From Selaginella moellendorffii (Eukaryota > Plantae > Lycopodiophyta), in assembly GCF_000143415.4 (NCBI RefSeq), contig NW_003314352.1:612278-676277 (forward strand): a DNA stretch of 64,000 nt, written 5' to 3'. Position numbers and translations under genes: made by a program. The notes beneath the pieces were generated by a model. That model was not told the DNA's origin, did no database searches, and saw nothing but the letters and a program-made list of their open reading frames with translations. Below, in pieces: positions 12,180-25,780 of this stretch. Each line of letters starts with the position of its first letter. Positions within the stretch are counted from its first letter, which is position 1.

Positions 12180-12672
12180 CAAGACGACAGCTTGTTTGTT
12201 ATTGAGACTTCGTAATCAGAAGTTTCAATAACCATTAAGGTGTTGTTGAATAAAAATTCTTTTTATTCAAATTTCTCTACTCCTCTACTAGTGTGGCCAT
12301 TCTTGGCATGGGATCGCCACACTCATTTTCTTGTAAGAACAAGAAAACGAGTTGCAATCCTGTGCCAAGAATCGGTCAGTTCCTCATATGTGGGAATAAT
12401 ATTTACATATTTATGATTTTTTGGTATTGTGTTCAATATAGTGAATCATAATCGTAAAAGGAAAAGTTTAGGTATGGGTATTACCATTAAACCTTGATTA
12501 CCAACGAATTACTAGAGTTAAAAGCTAGATGAAAGATAATCCTAGAATATATAAGGATATTCTGGGTGTATTCTTTATACAAAGCCGTAGATATTAAAAT
12601 GATCTGAACCGCCCAATATTTAATTGGTGATGTGGCGATTAACTGATGATGTGGCATACACGTGGCAAAACG

Positions 12673-12785
12673 TTCAAGCAGCTCGGCAACATGTCAGAGA
12701 TGACCAAGAGGACTTGCTGGTATGCATGGAGTTGAAAGATCTCCATGCTCGAGAATATCACCAAGAAAGCCAAAAGAAGTTCAAT
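12673..12785 (+). pseudogene. Third, short degraded fragment of the coiled-coil gene
   Basis: TCAAGCAGCTCG, GAGATGACC.AGAGG and ATCTCCATGCTCGAGA..ATCACCAAGAAAGCCAA match 7981-8150. Confidence 0.7.
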
Positions 12786-13323
12786 TCTAAATGCCCGTGC
12801 ATGGCTCATGGATCAATCATCAGGGAATTCCCTTTTATCTGATAGAATCTAGAGAAAGCGTTGTTATTGAGATTGTGGAATTGCTTACTGGAGACTGGCA
12901 GCCTCGAGCGCAAGTATCCCTTAAATTAGAGACTTATGCCCATTTCTAGTCGGGAAATTTGCGATCTCTAAGGATTCCAAAAGAAGAGTCGAGACGGTGA
13001 ATTCCTAATCGCCATGAAAATGAAGCAATTCTTGACTGCTACACGCGCATTGGATCCTGGCGCAGGATCGGCAGTTCTTGATCAGACTCCCATTTGGCCA
13101 AGAAAGCTCTCGTTAACGATTGCGCTAGTGAAAAGGAGAAGAGCAAAGAGAAATTTTTATTACGGGTGGAGAATTTTACAAGGAGGATCCCTGGCTCTCA
13201 AAACAATTGATTAAAGAGATGCCAGTGATAAGCAACAAGGGACTCAACATACTAGCCTTGGCACTCTGATCAGCTCTGCCGCTTTCCTTGGATTCACCTG
13301 AGCCCTCCGGCTCCCATTAACCT

Positions 13324-13439
13324 CCACATGGATGCCGTTTTTGATTGAGGAGTTAGTGATTGTACCAGTGCCAGTGGAGGTACTCCAGTGGCACTGGTAC
13401 AATCACTAATTCCACAATAAAAAAATGGCATCTATGTGG
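13324..13439. repeat. Long imperfect inverted repeat (about 56-bp arms, 3-nt loop): MITE-like element or pre-miRNA
   Basis: CCACATGGATGCC...TTAGTGATTGTACCAGTGCCAGTGGAG-GTA-CTCCAGTGGCACTGGTACAATCACTAA...GGCATCTATGTGG. Confidence 0.9.
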
Positions 13440-14324
13440 CGCGGCCAAAGAAACCCGATCGCCAAGCAGCGAGCAGGAGAATGCCGGCTGAGAGAAGGGG
13501 AAAAGCGCTTATATGGCCTCAGTGGGAGACCTTCCATTACTCCAGGGTGTCGACCAAATAAATAAGTGGAGGTTGAGAAGGGAAGGGAGACTTGAGGAAA
13601 TTAATTGGAAAGTGGAGGTGTCGCGAAAGCAATGCGTGAGGCTAAGGAGCGAAAACAAGTTTGAAATTTGAAGGTTCTAAGCACACGCTTTGACGTCGAA
13701 CTCCCTATAAACTATATATAATTGTTGTGTTTTGTGCTGGCACTGTCAACATCAGTCATCCGATCTTTTTGCTCAAAAAACTTCAGTCAAAGTTTTAAAT
13801 ATTTAATGTAATACTCTTTTGTATTGAACTCTCTTTGCGACACCTTAACCAGGAACATCTGGTCAACGCGCCGATTTGACCTTCACGATCTAGGGTTCTT
13901 GGACTTGCATCGCGAGAACAAAATCCACCCTCTATCCCAGCATTTCACTCGTTCTCTCCAAGACGTGAAATTTAGGGTTCTTAACGCATGTATAACCTTT
14001 ATTGAGCTTGGAATTCTAGGTAGCGCTCTTCCTAGTTCCTATTCGATTTATTTATCAAGCAATGAATACTTCACCAACCAACAATAACCCATCTAAACCA
14101 CAGCAAATGTTTTACACACTTTCCAATTTTGCGGCAATTTAGCAAGCCACAATATCTGACAGCACAAGCAATTGCATAGTGGATTTTAGATTTCTGTGAC
14201 ACCATGTCTCGGCCGAATTGGCCATGTTAAGAATACGATTTACATGATGTGATATGTGATTAATCTTGCCTTGCCACGTGGGTTGAGCACTTTTTCTCCC
14301 CAAAAAAAAGTTTTTTGCCCTGCG

Positions 14325-15470
14325 ATGAGAATGCCGGCGGCGATCGATCCATCCTCCGGTCAAATCCAGGTGAATCCCCTTCGATCTCCTTCCTCTCTCA
14401 AGAGGTCATCGCCATTCTCTAGACTAGGATCGACCACCCACCGATTCAATCGCGTAGTCCTGTCCGCGACCAACAGTAGCGATCATGGATCCCTCTTCAT
14501 CCCACTCCAATCCAGCCCGGAGCAGCAGCGCGCCAAGGTCACCGTCGTGGGCGTGGGCAACGTTGGGATGGCGTGCGCGCAGACCATCCTCACCCAGGAA
14601 CTTGCGGAGGAGCTCGCGCTCATCGACGTCAACCCGGACAAGCTGCGCGGCGAGATGCTCGACCTCCAGCACGCCGCCGCCTTCCTCCAGCGCGCCACCA
14701 TCTCCGCCTCCACCGACTACGCCGCCTCCGCCGGGTCGGACGTGTGCATCATCACCGCCGGCGCGCGGCAGCGCGAGGGCGAGACACGGCTCGACCTTAC
14801 CGCGCGGAACGCCGCGCTGTACTGCAATATAGTGCCCGAGCTTGTGCGGCACAGCCCGGGCGCCGTGCTGCTCGTGGTGTCCAACCCCGTGGACGTGCTG
14901 GCGTGGGCTACGTGGCAGCTTGCGGGCAGCGTGCTGCCGGCGACACGGGTCATTGGCAGCGGCACCAACCTTGATACCGCGCGGCTCAGGTTCCTTCTAG
15001 CCGAGCAAATGGGCGCCAACGCCCGCGACGTCCAGGCCTACGTCCTGGGCGAGCACGGGGACTCCTCGGTGCCGGTGTGGTCCACGGTGAGCGTCGCGGG
15101 GAGGATCCTCCGCGAGGAATGGGGCCCGAGCTCCTCTGCGGAGCTGGAAGAGCTACACCGCGGCGTGGTGGAGAGCGCGTACGAGGTGATCCGGCTCAAG
15201 GGCTACACTTCGTGGGCGATCGGCTACTCGACTGCCAGCATCGTAAGAAACATCCTGCGGGACCAGAGGAGGATCTGCCCGGTGTCGGTCATGGCCAAGG
15301 GTTTTTACGGGATCGAGGAGGAGGTGTTCTTGAGCCTGCCAGTCCAGCTCGGCCGGAATGGGGTTGTTAGCGTGGTCAACGCGCCGCTGTCCGAGGAGGA
15401 GGCGGCCAAGCTCCGCGGCTCCGCCAAGACGCTCTGGAACGTCCAGCAACAGCTCAAACTACTTGATTAA
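14325..15470 (+). CDS. LDH: L-lactate dehydrogenase, intronless
   Basis: KVTVVGVGNVGMA (Rossmann GxGxxG), DLQHAAAF, ITAGARQREGETRLDL, VSNPVD, GSGTNLDTAR, active-site LGEHGDS, IRLKGYTSWAIG. First ATG is 14325. Confidence 0.95.
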   Translation: MRMPAAIDPSSGQIQVNPLRSPSSLKRSSPFSRLGSTTHRFNRVVLSATNSSDHGSLFIPLQSSPEQQRAKVTVVGVGNVGMACAQTILTQELAEELALIDVNPDKLRGEMLDLQHAAAFLQRATISASTDYAASAGSDVCIITAGARQREGETRLDLTARNAALYCNIVPELVRHSPGAVLLVVSNPVDVLAWATWQLAGSVLPATRVIGSGTNLDTARLRFLLAEQMGANARDVQAYVLGEHGDSSVPVWSTVSVAGRILREEWGPSSSAELEELHRGVVESAYEVIRLKGYTSWAIGYSTASIVRNILRDQRRICPVSVMAKGFYGIEEEVFLSLPVQLGRNGVVSVVNAPLSEEEAAKLRGSAKTLWNVQQQLKLLD

Positions 15471-15935
15471 AATACGGGCTCTAACTTTTGAGACCAACAT
15501 TACAGGTAAATGCTAAACAAGTTTGTTCTTATGCAAAATTGCTGAGTCTCATTGTGCTGTAGATTCCTGTTTTGTTAAGAAGCTTTCGGTTCTATACAAT
15601 GCAACAATCTCACAACGCAAGATATTTTGGACCAAAAGCTGAGACCACTGACATCAGCAACTTCTCATCGTTGCGATCTACTCATCGGATTCGATTACAT
15701 TGGCCATACGCAAGTTCCTTTACATTACATACAATGAAAGAATCTCTACGAGGGCTTGATCTGGAAGTTTGTGTGTTCTTGGAGATGGTAAATCATATGT
15801 GAACTGGAGGCTGAGGAAGAGAAAGAACGCAGCGCCGAAGCTTATAAATCTTATTAGGAACTTGCTTAGTGTAACGTTTGATAATTCACAGAGTTATACG
15901 GTTAGAGAAGTTGTGTGTGTTTAGAGAAGCTGTGT

Positions 15936-17286
15936 CTAGACTATATGAGACACAATCTGCGGCACGTCGAATCGAAAGTTCCGGAAGCTCTTGCCTGGGA
16001 GATCTACGAAGCTGGTGCTCGTTGTCTCCTTCACTGCCACAACCGTGACGCTGTGGCTCACCATAATGGGTGTCGAGAATGTTGTGTGCCCGCTCGTATT
16101 TGCTTTCCACACTGTCACTCCTGCAAGAACCGTTTCTGGAAGGAGAAGTGAAGATAATTAATTACCTTTGCTTCCATTGTCGCTCTTCAGTGTTATCAAT
16201 GGCCTGTTCTTGACAATCCATGCCTGAAGGGGCCTGCAAGTAAGCACGATGAAACTTAAGAGAAAGTTCTCCACGTCCAAGCTTACCTGAGAAATGGCCA
16301 CACCATATAGTACTTGAGCCCCGTTGGTCCCCTGTTGTGTGACGATTCATTACTGTGCTTGGGTAAGTCCTCTATCCGATGCCAAGCTATCTCCTGTAAT
16401 AAAGCAATTCATCAAGTTCTCGCCGCTCAAAACTGGGCGAGAGCACTTACACTAATCTCTTTCTTTGTCTGAGGAATGAAGAGCGTTTCTTCTGGAACGC
16501 CACCGACGATGAAGAGTCTCATCCGTTGCTGCCCGATGACAACTTCCAGGTGATCGTCAGTTCTGATGAGCTCTGAGACGTCGAATCCAGTTTCCTCCCA
16601 GACCTTGATAAAAGAACAAGTTAGTGAGCAAACGTCAAGTAGTTCGCAAACCTCTCTGATAGCACAGTTGTGATCCTCCTCGTCCTTGTTCTTCTTGCCT
16701 CTGGGAAAAGTCCAGCTAGCTCCCGGTTTCCATCCCTTGACCATGAGACACTGACGAGAAATAGTGAGAGGGAGAGAAACAGGAAAGCAAAAAAGACTCT
16801 TAGAGCTTACTCTTTCATAAGACTCGTCCAAGATGATCGCACCAGTAACAGGCACACTCGTCTTGTAGCTTGTAAAGTTCTTGTAGATATCATCGAAGTG
16901 TGCGATGTATGGACGAAGCGCGACACATTTTTGGAACACTAGGAAGAAAATGTGAGCCAAGGAGAGAAAAAGAAGGGAGAAATCTTACTGAGAGCAGTGA
17001 ACTCTCGCAATGTTAGCGATTTCAAGGAAGCATTCTGCTCCATGGTGTTGTCCTCGTAGAACCAGTGAGCTTGCTCCAGTAAGAAGAGGATCCGCTCGAA
17101 AGATTCCAGTTCCTCCTCGGGCGCATTGAGCACGAACCGGCTGTGGGAAGAAATAAATAGCATCACGGCAAGAGGATCATCACAGCACAGAACACCTCAC
17201 CTGCAAAGATCATCGAGCATCTCCTGCGAAGGGAGACGCGAGGAATGCCCGCCCTGCGCCTTCCCATTTCCTCCTCCCGCTGCCAT
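15936..17286 (-). CDS. DCP2: mRNA decapping enzyme DCP2 (Nudix), multi-exon
   Basis: Box A LDDLCSRFVLNAPEEELESFERILFLLEQAHWFYEDN, Nudix box FPRGKKNKDEEDHNCAIREV.EETGFD, C-terminus SFRNFRFD. Confidence 0.93.
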
Positions 17287-17439
17287 GGGTTTAGGGCGAA
17301 ATAAGCAACATAAGATTCGAAGGAATCTAGGGTTCTAGGAAGCTATGGTTCCATCGCATTCGCCTCGAAGAACCATGCCACCGTCTTCGAACGCCACGGT
17401 AAGATTCCCATCGCTCTTGCCGCTCTCAAGGATTGCCAC

Positions 17440-18075
17440 ACCACCGCGATGTGCTCGTGGCAATGTATTCTCGCCGCTGCCAAAGCTCGCCGCATCTTCG
17501 ATGGGATCCCGCAGCGCACTGTTGTGTCGTGGAATGCCATGATTCTCGCAGATTGGAAAGCGAGCTGGCGCTCGACCTCCTCGAGCGGATGGTCGTGCCA
17601 AATCGCGTGACTTTGCTCGCCCGGATCAAGGGCTGCACTAGCTTAGCAGAGATCGAGCAGGGGAAGAAGATTGATGGCTCTTCCAAAATGGTGAAATGGA
17701 GTGCATGGATAGAGGACGAGCACTTCACGGCCAAGCAGTGAAGCACGGTCTATCTCAAACTCTCTGGTGACTTAGTGTGGCAGCGTGATGGACGCGATGG
17801 TGGATCTCACGGTGGTCGCCTGGAGCGCTTTGATTCTCGGGGTACGCTGATAGGGTGACGAGGCTCTAAATCTCTTGTCGCGAACGAGCTATCAGTTCTC
17901 AAGTAGCAGAGAACGGGTACGAGCGAGAGATCTTCGTGGCAAACGCGCACATATGAGAAGCTGGGAAGCACGCGTGAAGTCTTCGAGGAAGCACGACGTG
18001 GTGTCGTGAAACTCGCTGATTCTCGGCTATGCCGAGAGCGGAGATGGAGCGATTGCTCTCGAGCTCTACAGGCGG
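17440..18075 (+). pseudogene. PLS-class PPR pseudogene fragment
   Basis: ARRIFDGIPQRTVVSWNAMI, ALDLLERMVVPNRVTLLA..KGCTSLAEIEQGKKI and DVVS*NSLILGYAESGDG lie in shifting frames with stops. Confidence 0.75.
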
Positions 18076-20613
18076 TGTGGTAATTAATGGAACTAATTTA
18101 ACTGGACCTAGAATGCTCTAGAATATTCTACAATTTAAATTTTTAGGGTTGGAAGGGGTTTAAGATTTCTTGTTTTGAACAAAGTATACCTTTCTTGTGT
18201 ACTTTTCTAAGTGATAAGCTCCTAGTTGTTATGGAGGAAGCATCCTGACTAGCTGACGCAAATGACTCTAGAATCCAGTTGGAGATCACGGGCCAGACGT
18301 GTAAGATCCAACTTTCATGCTTTGTCAAGTGTGTGATGGGATCCTCACGGGCGAGTTTGATTTAGGAAACGCAGCCATGATCGAAGACCACTTTCTCTTC
18401 ACAAATATGACAAAGGCTGGGAGACAAGATGGATTTCTCGATCAAGCACTGTGTACTATGACTAGTCCAAATTGTCATCCGGATTTCATAGGATTGAGCA
18501 CCTTCGCACTCAAAACACCAAGGCCGGAAGCGTGTGTCAACGGTTCATCCAAACGTGAAGCCGAGACACGTTCTTGGGCCACGAATTCCGATCCATCCTC
18601 CCAAGATCGCTTTGAATTCTTCATTGAGTTTCAAATAGGTTTCCTTTGTCAACCTTTAGTTGCAATCTAAAACTTGTACCTTTCTGGGAAGCAACGCGTT
18701 TCATAAAAAGACAAACCCCGCCCCATCAAAATGTGTAAGTTGGCAACAAATATCTTTCATTCTACTCTAAGCCCTACGTCGTAGTTGTGGGGCTCGGGCG
18801 TGGAATTACCGTGACTTTGATTGCATTTTTCTCCTCTTTCAAACAACCATTCGCATTCCTCCTTTTGCATCTTCTACTACGCAATCGCTTTCTTTTTCCT
18901 CGCTTAAGTTTGGACCAGGTTACAAGCCGACGACGATGGCCGAGACGACGACTTTGCGCGGCCGAAAAAGTATCAAAGTCAAAGGTGGCGGACGTGGCTC
19001 CAGCTCTGTTTTGTACATGGCCCTAGCGCCGGTCTCTACGGAGTCTCTCGACGCCTACACTTTTGGACCGGGGATTTGAAGCACGTCAACTTTGGGTCCC
19101 GCAAAAAGTCCTTGGCCCTCACGTTGTGCCCAATCCCCACGTTTGTTTTTGTTTTCTAAAGGGTGCTAGACGTTTTGGGTGGAAAAAGAAATAAAAAAAT
19201 TCAAAAACGATTAAATTTGAGACAGACAGCACCGACTTTCAATCGCTGACTCTAGTTCTAAATCTGGATTAAGTCGTCGTCCCTCAAATTCCAGACGGTT
19301 TTTCGGGCGAGCATTAATGAATTGCCGCAAGACTTTAAGTGTCCAATGTATGAGACGAGAAGAAAACGATTTGGAAGACTTTGAGTCAATCCATGTCGTC
19401 ACGACACTGTCCTCTTCGTACCGTATCATTCAAGGACTTCTGTAAGATGGTGATCAACGAGGATCGCGACCATATTCGATCCTAATCGCTTTTCCCGGAT
19501 TCAATACAAAACAGCACTGGTCGCAATCTCTGCTCCCTCGCAGCAAGAAGTCAAACAAGTGGACACGATCGAGTGAGGGATCGATGAACCTCCAGTGGCT
19601 TCATGCAGAGATTAATAAACGCCTATGTTCAAAGTCTAAACTTGAAAAAAATCTCCAAAGCTTACTCAACAAGAGGACAAAGATGGAGGACGAAAGAAAT
19701 TTGGCCAGGCCAAGACCTTTGAGGAAGTTCGAAAGAACATGGGTTGCAATCTTTCGCGGAAGCAGCACCCGCGACTTCCACACGACCGGAGTTTGAAACT
19801 TTCTCACGGCGACGATGTCAGACACGTCGGCAAAGCGGCGGGCGAAGATCCAGCCACGTGGTTCCGACGCGGTCCAGCATGGCCGCGCACGTCACCCGGG
19901 AAGTCCCCCCGCCACGTCGGTCGTCTCTCTTCCGAGCTCTTCCCAGAGAAAGTACCCGGATGGTCTCGCGGGTCATGGTGTAGCTTGCTTGTCTCTCGCC
20001 ACATTTGAAACGAAGACCATAGCCGCAGCTCTCGGACCCTGCAAGCCTTGCAAACGTGGGGAAATGAGGAAGCTTGGAAGGAAGCAAGCCAAAGAAACTC
20101 GCTCGTTACCAGCTCAAAGGTCAAAGCTCGAGTACGCGTACAAGTCATCGAAATCGTAGCGATCGTCTCTGGCGATCCCCAGCGAGGATATATATATGTG
20201 GTTGAATCTTCACTGCAGTACTCAAAACCAGCGATCAATAGCGATCAATCCGAGCGGAGCGACGAGAGATATATAGAAACTTACGGTGGAGGGCGGTGAT
20301 CTTTTCTCCAGTGACATCACCGCTCATCTCATTCTTTCCTGGCTCCCTTTTTATTAAAATTGCGGCGGGGTTCTCTTTTTTCTTCCCGGCTTCCTCGGCA
20401 ACACGTCTTCTCCGTCTCGCGCCTTTAAAGAAGAGGGGAAAGGAAGACCTTGCGCTTCTCCCAAGTGGCAATTCGCTGGCTAGAAGTGCTGAGCTCTCCG
20501 CTGTCCTTGCTTAACGGTGTATGTATTGTCTTCCGTGTACTGCAAGACGAGCACGTGAATATATAGGATAGAGGAGTAGATTGCGAGGCTTTGATACCGT
20601 CTTTAGAAGAGAA

Positions 20614-22697
<2,084 letters not shown>

Positions 22698-23082
22698 AGA
22701 TCCACCCTGTAAACAGCGAAGTCAATATAAGCATGAACGTTAGCTCAACGAAACGAGTAGAAAGGAAGAAAAAAACCAACCATTTTTTTAAGGCTTTGAC
22801 ACGGGTCCAGAGAGAAGGCAGCCTCTCTCGTTCGGCCAAAAGGCACAAAAGCACACGCACACACTGGAAGAGATAAGAAGCTGGCAATGAATAAATAGAA
22901 TTTTTCCAGGTCGTCAAAGCATACAAATAGTAGCCGACCCAAACTCCCCTACTTTGGAAAAAAACGTTCCCCACTGGTTACAACAGAGTTGCAAGGAAAA
23001 ACGAACGAACTATAGAGTAAAATGACTTTTAAGGAGGTACAAAACCAGTGGTCCTCGGCTTCGTGCTTGCGTTGGAGCGCTT

Positions 23083-23914
23083 CTACTTGGGCCCGATGTC
23101 CTTGAGGGCGCAAATCTGCTCCTCCCCAAGAGCGGACATGACTGTCACAACGAGATCCTTGCCGTCATGGAAGCCAGTAGAAATCTGCGGTGGCAAAGCC
23201 CTTTAGATACACACACGAAGGCGTTCTTTCGCAAAAGTGATTCGTGACGCTCACCTGGGCGTTGAGCTGATCATCAGTTGGAAGGCGGAGGTCGTCCTTG
23301 GTGTCACCATTCTCGGTGAGGAGACTCACCTGATCACACAATGACGAAAAGATAAGAAAAAGGCAAGGCATGAATCATAAAAGTGGGAGCTTTGGTCATA
23401 CAAATCCGTCTTCCGAGATGTCAATCAGCTGGTAGTCGGTGCGAGTGACTTCCGGAACCTGGGAAAGCAGAGGAGAGACCGCGAGGATCAAAATGCGTTG
23501 AAAAGGGAGCAAAAGAACTAGAGAAACTCACATCGCAATTGTGGGAAGATGGGACAATATCCTCGAGCTTTTTCCCGGTGAAGATGTCGATGCCCACGAA
23601 GTGGCACTTCGCATGGCCGTGCTTGCCAGTCTTGGAAGTAGACACCTCAACAACCTGCGAGTAGCCGGGCATTAGCGGGAAATTAAATGCGGCCGCGCGT
23701 AAGCAAAACAAAATATCCAGCCGAGCTGATCGCGCTCCAGAGCCCTAGGCGGCGGATCGAGATCTGGCGAGCGGCGGATCGGAGGAGTTACCTTGCAGGG
23801 GCGCTGCTTGATCACGATGTAGGCGTTCTTGCGGATCGTCCCGGCCTGCTGGGGATAGGTCTTGGAGGCGCCGGCGTCCGCCTTGTTGTCGAAGTGATGC
23901 TCCTCGTCCGACAT
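23083..23914 (-). CDS. EIF5A: Eukaryotic translation factor eIF5A, multi-exon
   Basis: MSDEEHHF...[22 protein letters not shown] and the hypusine motif [16 protein letters not shown]. Ends ...ALKDIGPK*. Confidence 0.97.
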
Positions 23915-24382
23915 CGCCGCTGCCCTCCAATTGCCGCACGGACCCTAACTCTAGGGTTTCACAGAAAAGGAGAGAAGAAAACCAAACACGTCACACGAGC
24001 CCTTAACGAATGTGGGCCGCCCGATGCCCGCCCGATGCCCGGACGGGCGGCGGCGATTCTGCGCAGCCGGAGCCCTCGGATTGCTGGATCTAACGGCTGC
24101 CCATACAGTGTGCCGCGTGGACAACTATAGATTAGTGTAACACGATTGCGCTTTGCTTAACTTTATATCCCGGGCTGGTGGTATTTTCTAGAAGAGAAAA
24201 ACCTCTTTGGTTTTGTTTGGGACAAACTCGACGAGCAAGAATTGGTTCACAGACGTTCCAAGATCTCTGTAGCAAACTAAACGACGCGAATTCCAGACTT
24301 GAAAAGATAAATCTTTCACTCTCTCTTTCTCTCTCTCCCTCCCCATCTATCGAGCAAGCACGAAGTGGAACTCCTCTCGAGC

Positions 24383-25615
24383 ATGGAGGAGGTCGATCGA
24401 ATTTTGCTGGTGTTCTTCCTGATAGTTTTCCCAGTAGCAGTAGCAGCAGCGGCGGGCGATCCTTGTTCAGCTCTCAAGAACTTTGAGGTATGCCACGGTC
24501 TGGACGAGCGAGTAACCATCGCTTGGACACTCCACGGGGACGATGATCCATCGAGGAAGAGCGTGCTCGAGGTGGCGGTAACCGGGGCCCTTCCAGCTCG
24601 GACTGGCTGGCTGGGCTGGGGGATAAATCCCCACTCGTTGGAGATGTCCGGTACCAGCGCTCTCATCGCCTTCCAGAGCTCGCAAGGAGCACAGCTCCAC
24701 AGCTACTCGGTCTCCAGGCAAGTCAAGGACGACGATATCTCTCTCAGCCCCCAAGAACAGACCGAAGTTCCATTCCAGAACCAGTCCGTGATCATGGAGG
24801 GAACCATCGTCACCATCTTTGCAACCATCCCCCTGACCAACAGCAGCAGCACCACGATGAACCACGTCTGGAACTTTGGCGACCAGGTTCTCGGCGATTC
24901 TCCGCAGTCCCACGACTTCAAAAAGGCCAACTTGGTGTCGCTCAGGAGGATCGATATGTCGAAGAAGGACTCCGTGGCCCAGCCCCTGGTTTCCAAGCTC
25001 ACTCCGAGGCAGAGGCTCAAGAACACCCATGCGCTGCTGAGTGGAGCTGCCTGGGGGATCGCCATCCCGGTCGGAGTGATGGCAGCTCGGTATCTTCGCC
25101 CGTTCACGTCACCTAGCGGAGCTTGGTTTTATCTCCACCTGATGATCCAGATCCCGGCCTACGGAGTCGGGGTGGCTGGCTGGGTTCTCGGACTAAAGCT
25201 CGAATCGGGGTCCGGGAACGTCTACGAAACGCACCGGAACATTGGATACGCCATCTTTGCCGGAGGAACGCTGCAAGTCATAGCTTTGCTGGTGAGGCCC
25301 AAGCCATACGAAAAGATCCGCTTCTTGTGGAACATATACCACCAATCGATCGGCTATGCGACGCTTGTGCTCGGTGTGGTGAACGTTTTCATCGGCCTCA
25401 GCATCCTCGAGCCGGCAGCGAAGTTTAAGACGGCTTTCATCGCAGTGGTGATTTCTCTGGGAGCTGTGAGCCTGGTAATGGAGGTTGTGACCTGGATCAT
25501 ATACTTTCAACGTAAGTACCTCGTGAGAAGAGCTGCTGCTGAACGGAGAGCGAGAGCGAAGGCAGCTCAAGCGAGCAATGCGCGAGCAAGGACGAGAAGG
25601 TTTTGGAGATTTTGA
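24383..25615 (+). CDS. DOMON + cytochrome b561 (CYBDOM) membrane protein, intronless
   Basis: Signal peptide, DOMON (GWLGWGINP..MSGTSALIA, NHVW..G), b561 heme-His motifs LKNTHALL, WFYLH, HRNIG, WNIYHQSIGY. Confidence 0.92.
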   Translation: MEEVDRILLVFFLIVFPVAVAAAAGDPCSALKNFEVCHGLDERVTIAWTLHGDDDPSRKSVLEVAVTGALPARTGWLGWGINPHSLEMSGTSALIAFQSSQGAQLHSYSVSRQVKDDDISLSPQEQTEVPFQNQSVIMEGTIVTIFATIPLTNSSSTTMNHVWNFGDQVLGDSPQSHDFKKANLVSLRRIDMSKKDSVAQPLVSKLTPRQRLKNTHALLSGAAWGIAIPVGVMAARYLRPFTSPSGAWFYLHLMIQIPAYGVGVAGWVLGLKLESGSGNVYETHRNIGYAIFAGGTLQVIALLVRPKPYEKIRFLWNIYHQSIGYATLVLGVVNVFIGLSILEPAAKFKTAFIAVVISLGAVSLVMEVVTWIIYFQRKYLVRRAAAERRARAKAAQASNARARTRRFWRF

Positions 25616-25780
25616 GACTGCCAAGAAGGAAAATACAAAACAACTCATTATGTTGATTGTGAGATGTCTGTCATACCTGAATGCAGTTCGGTCAATCCTA
25701 GTGATGCACTAAAGTTGAGCAGAAATTAGTATCCAGATTCAAGTGGAGACTAAAAACTGAGGAAAGTCACGAGTACTCCC

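Noticed and set aside
18080-19800. Short ORFs between the PPR remnant and the WRKY promoter
   Set aside because: No family similarity or coherent exon structure.
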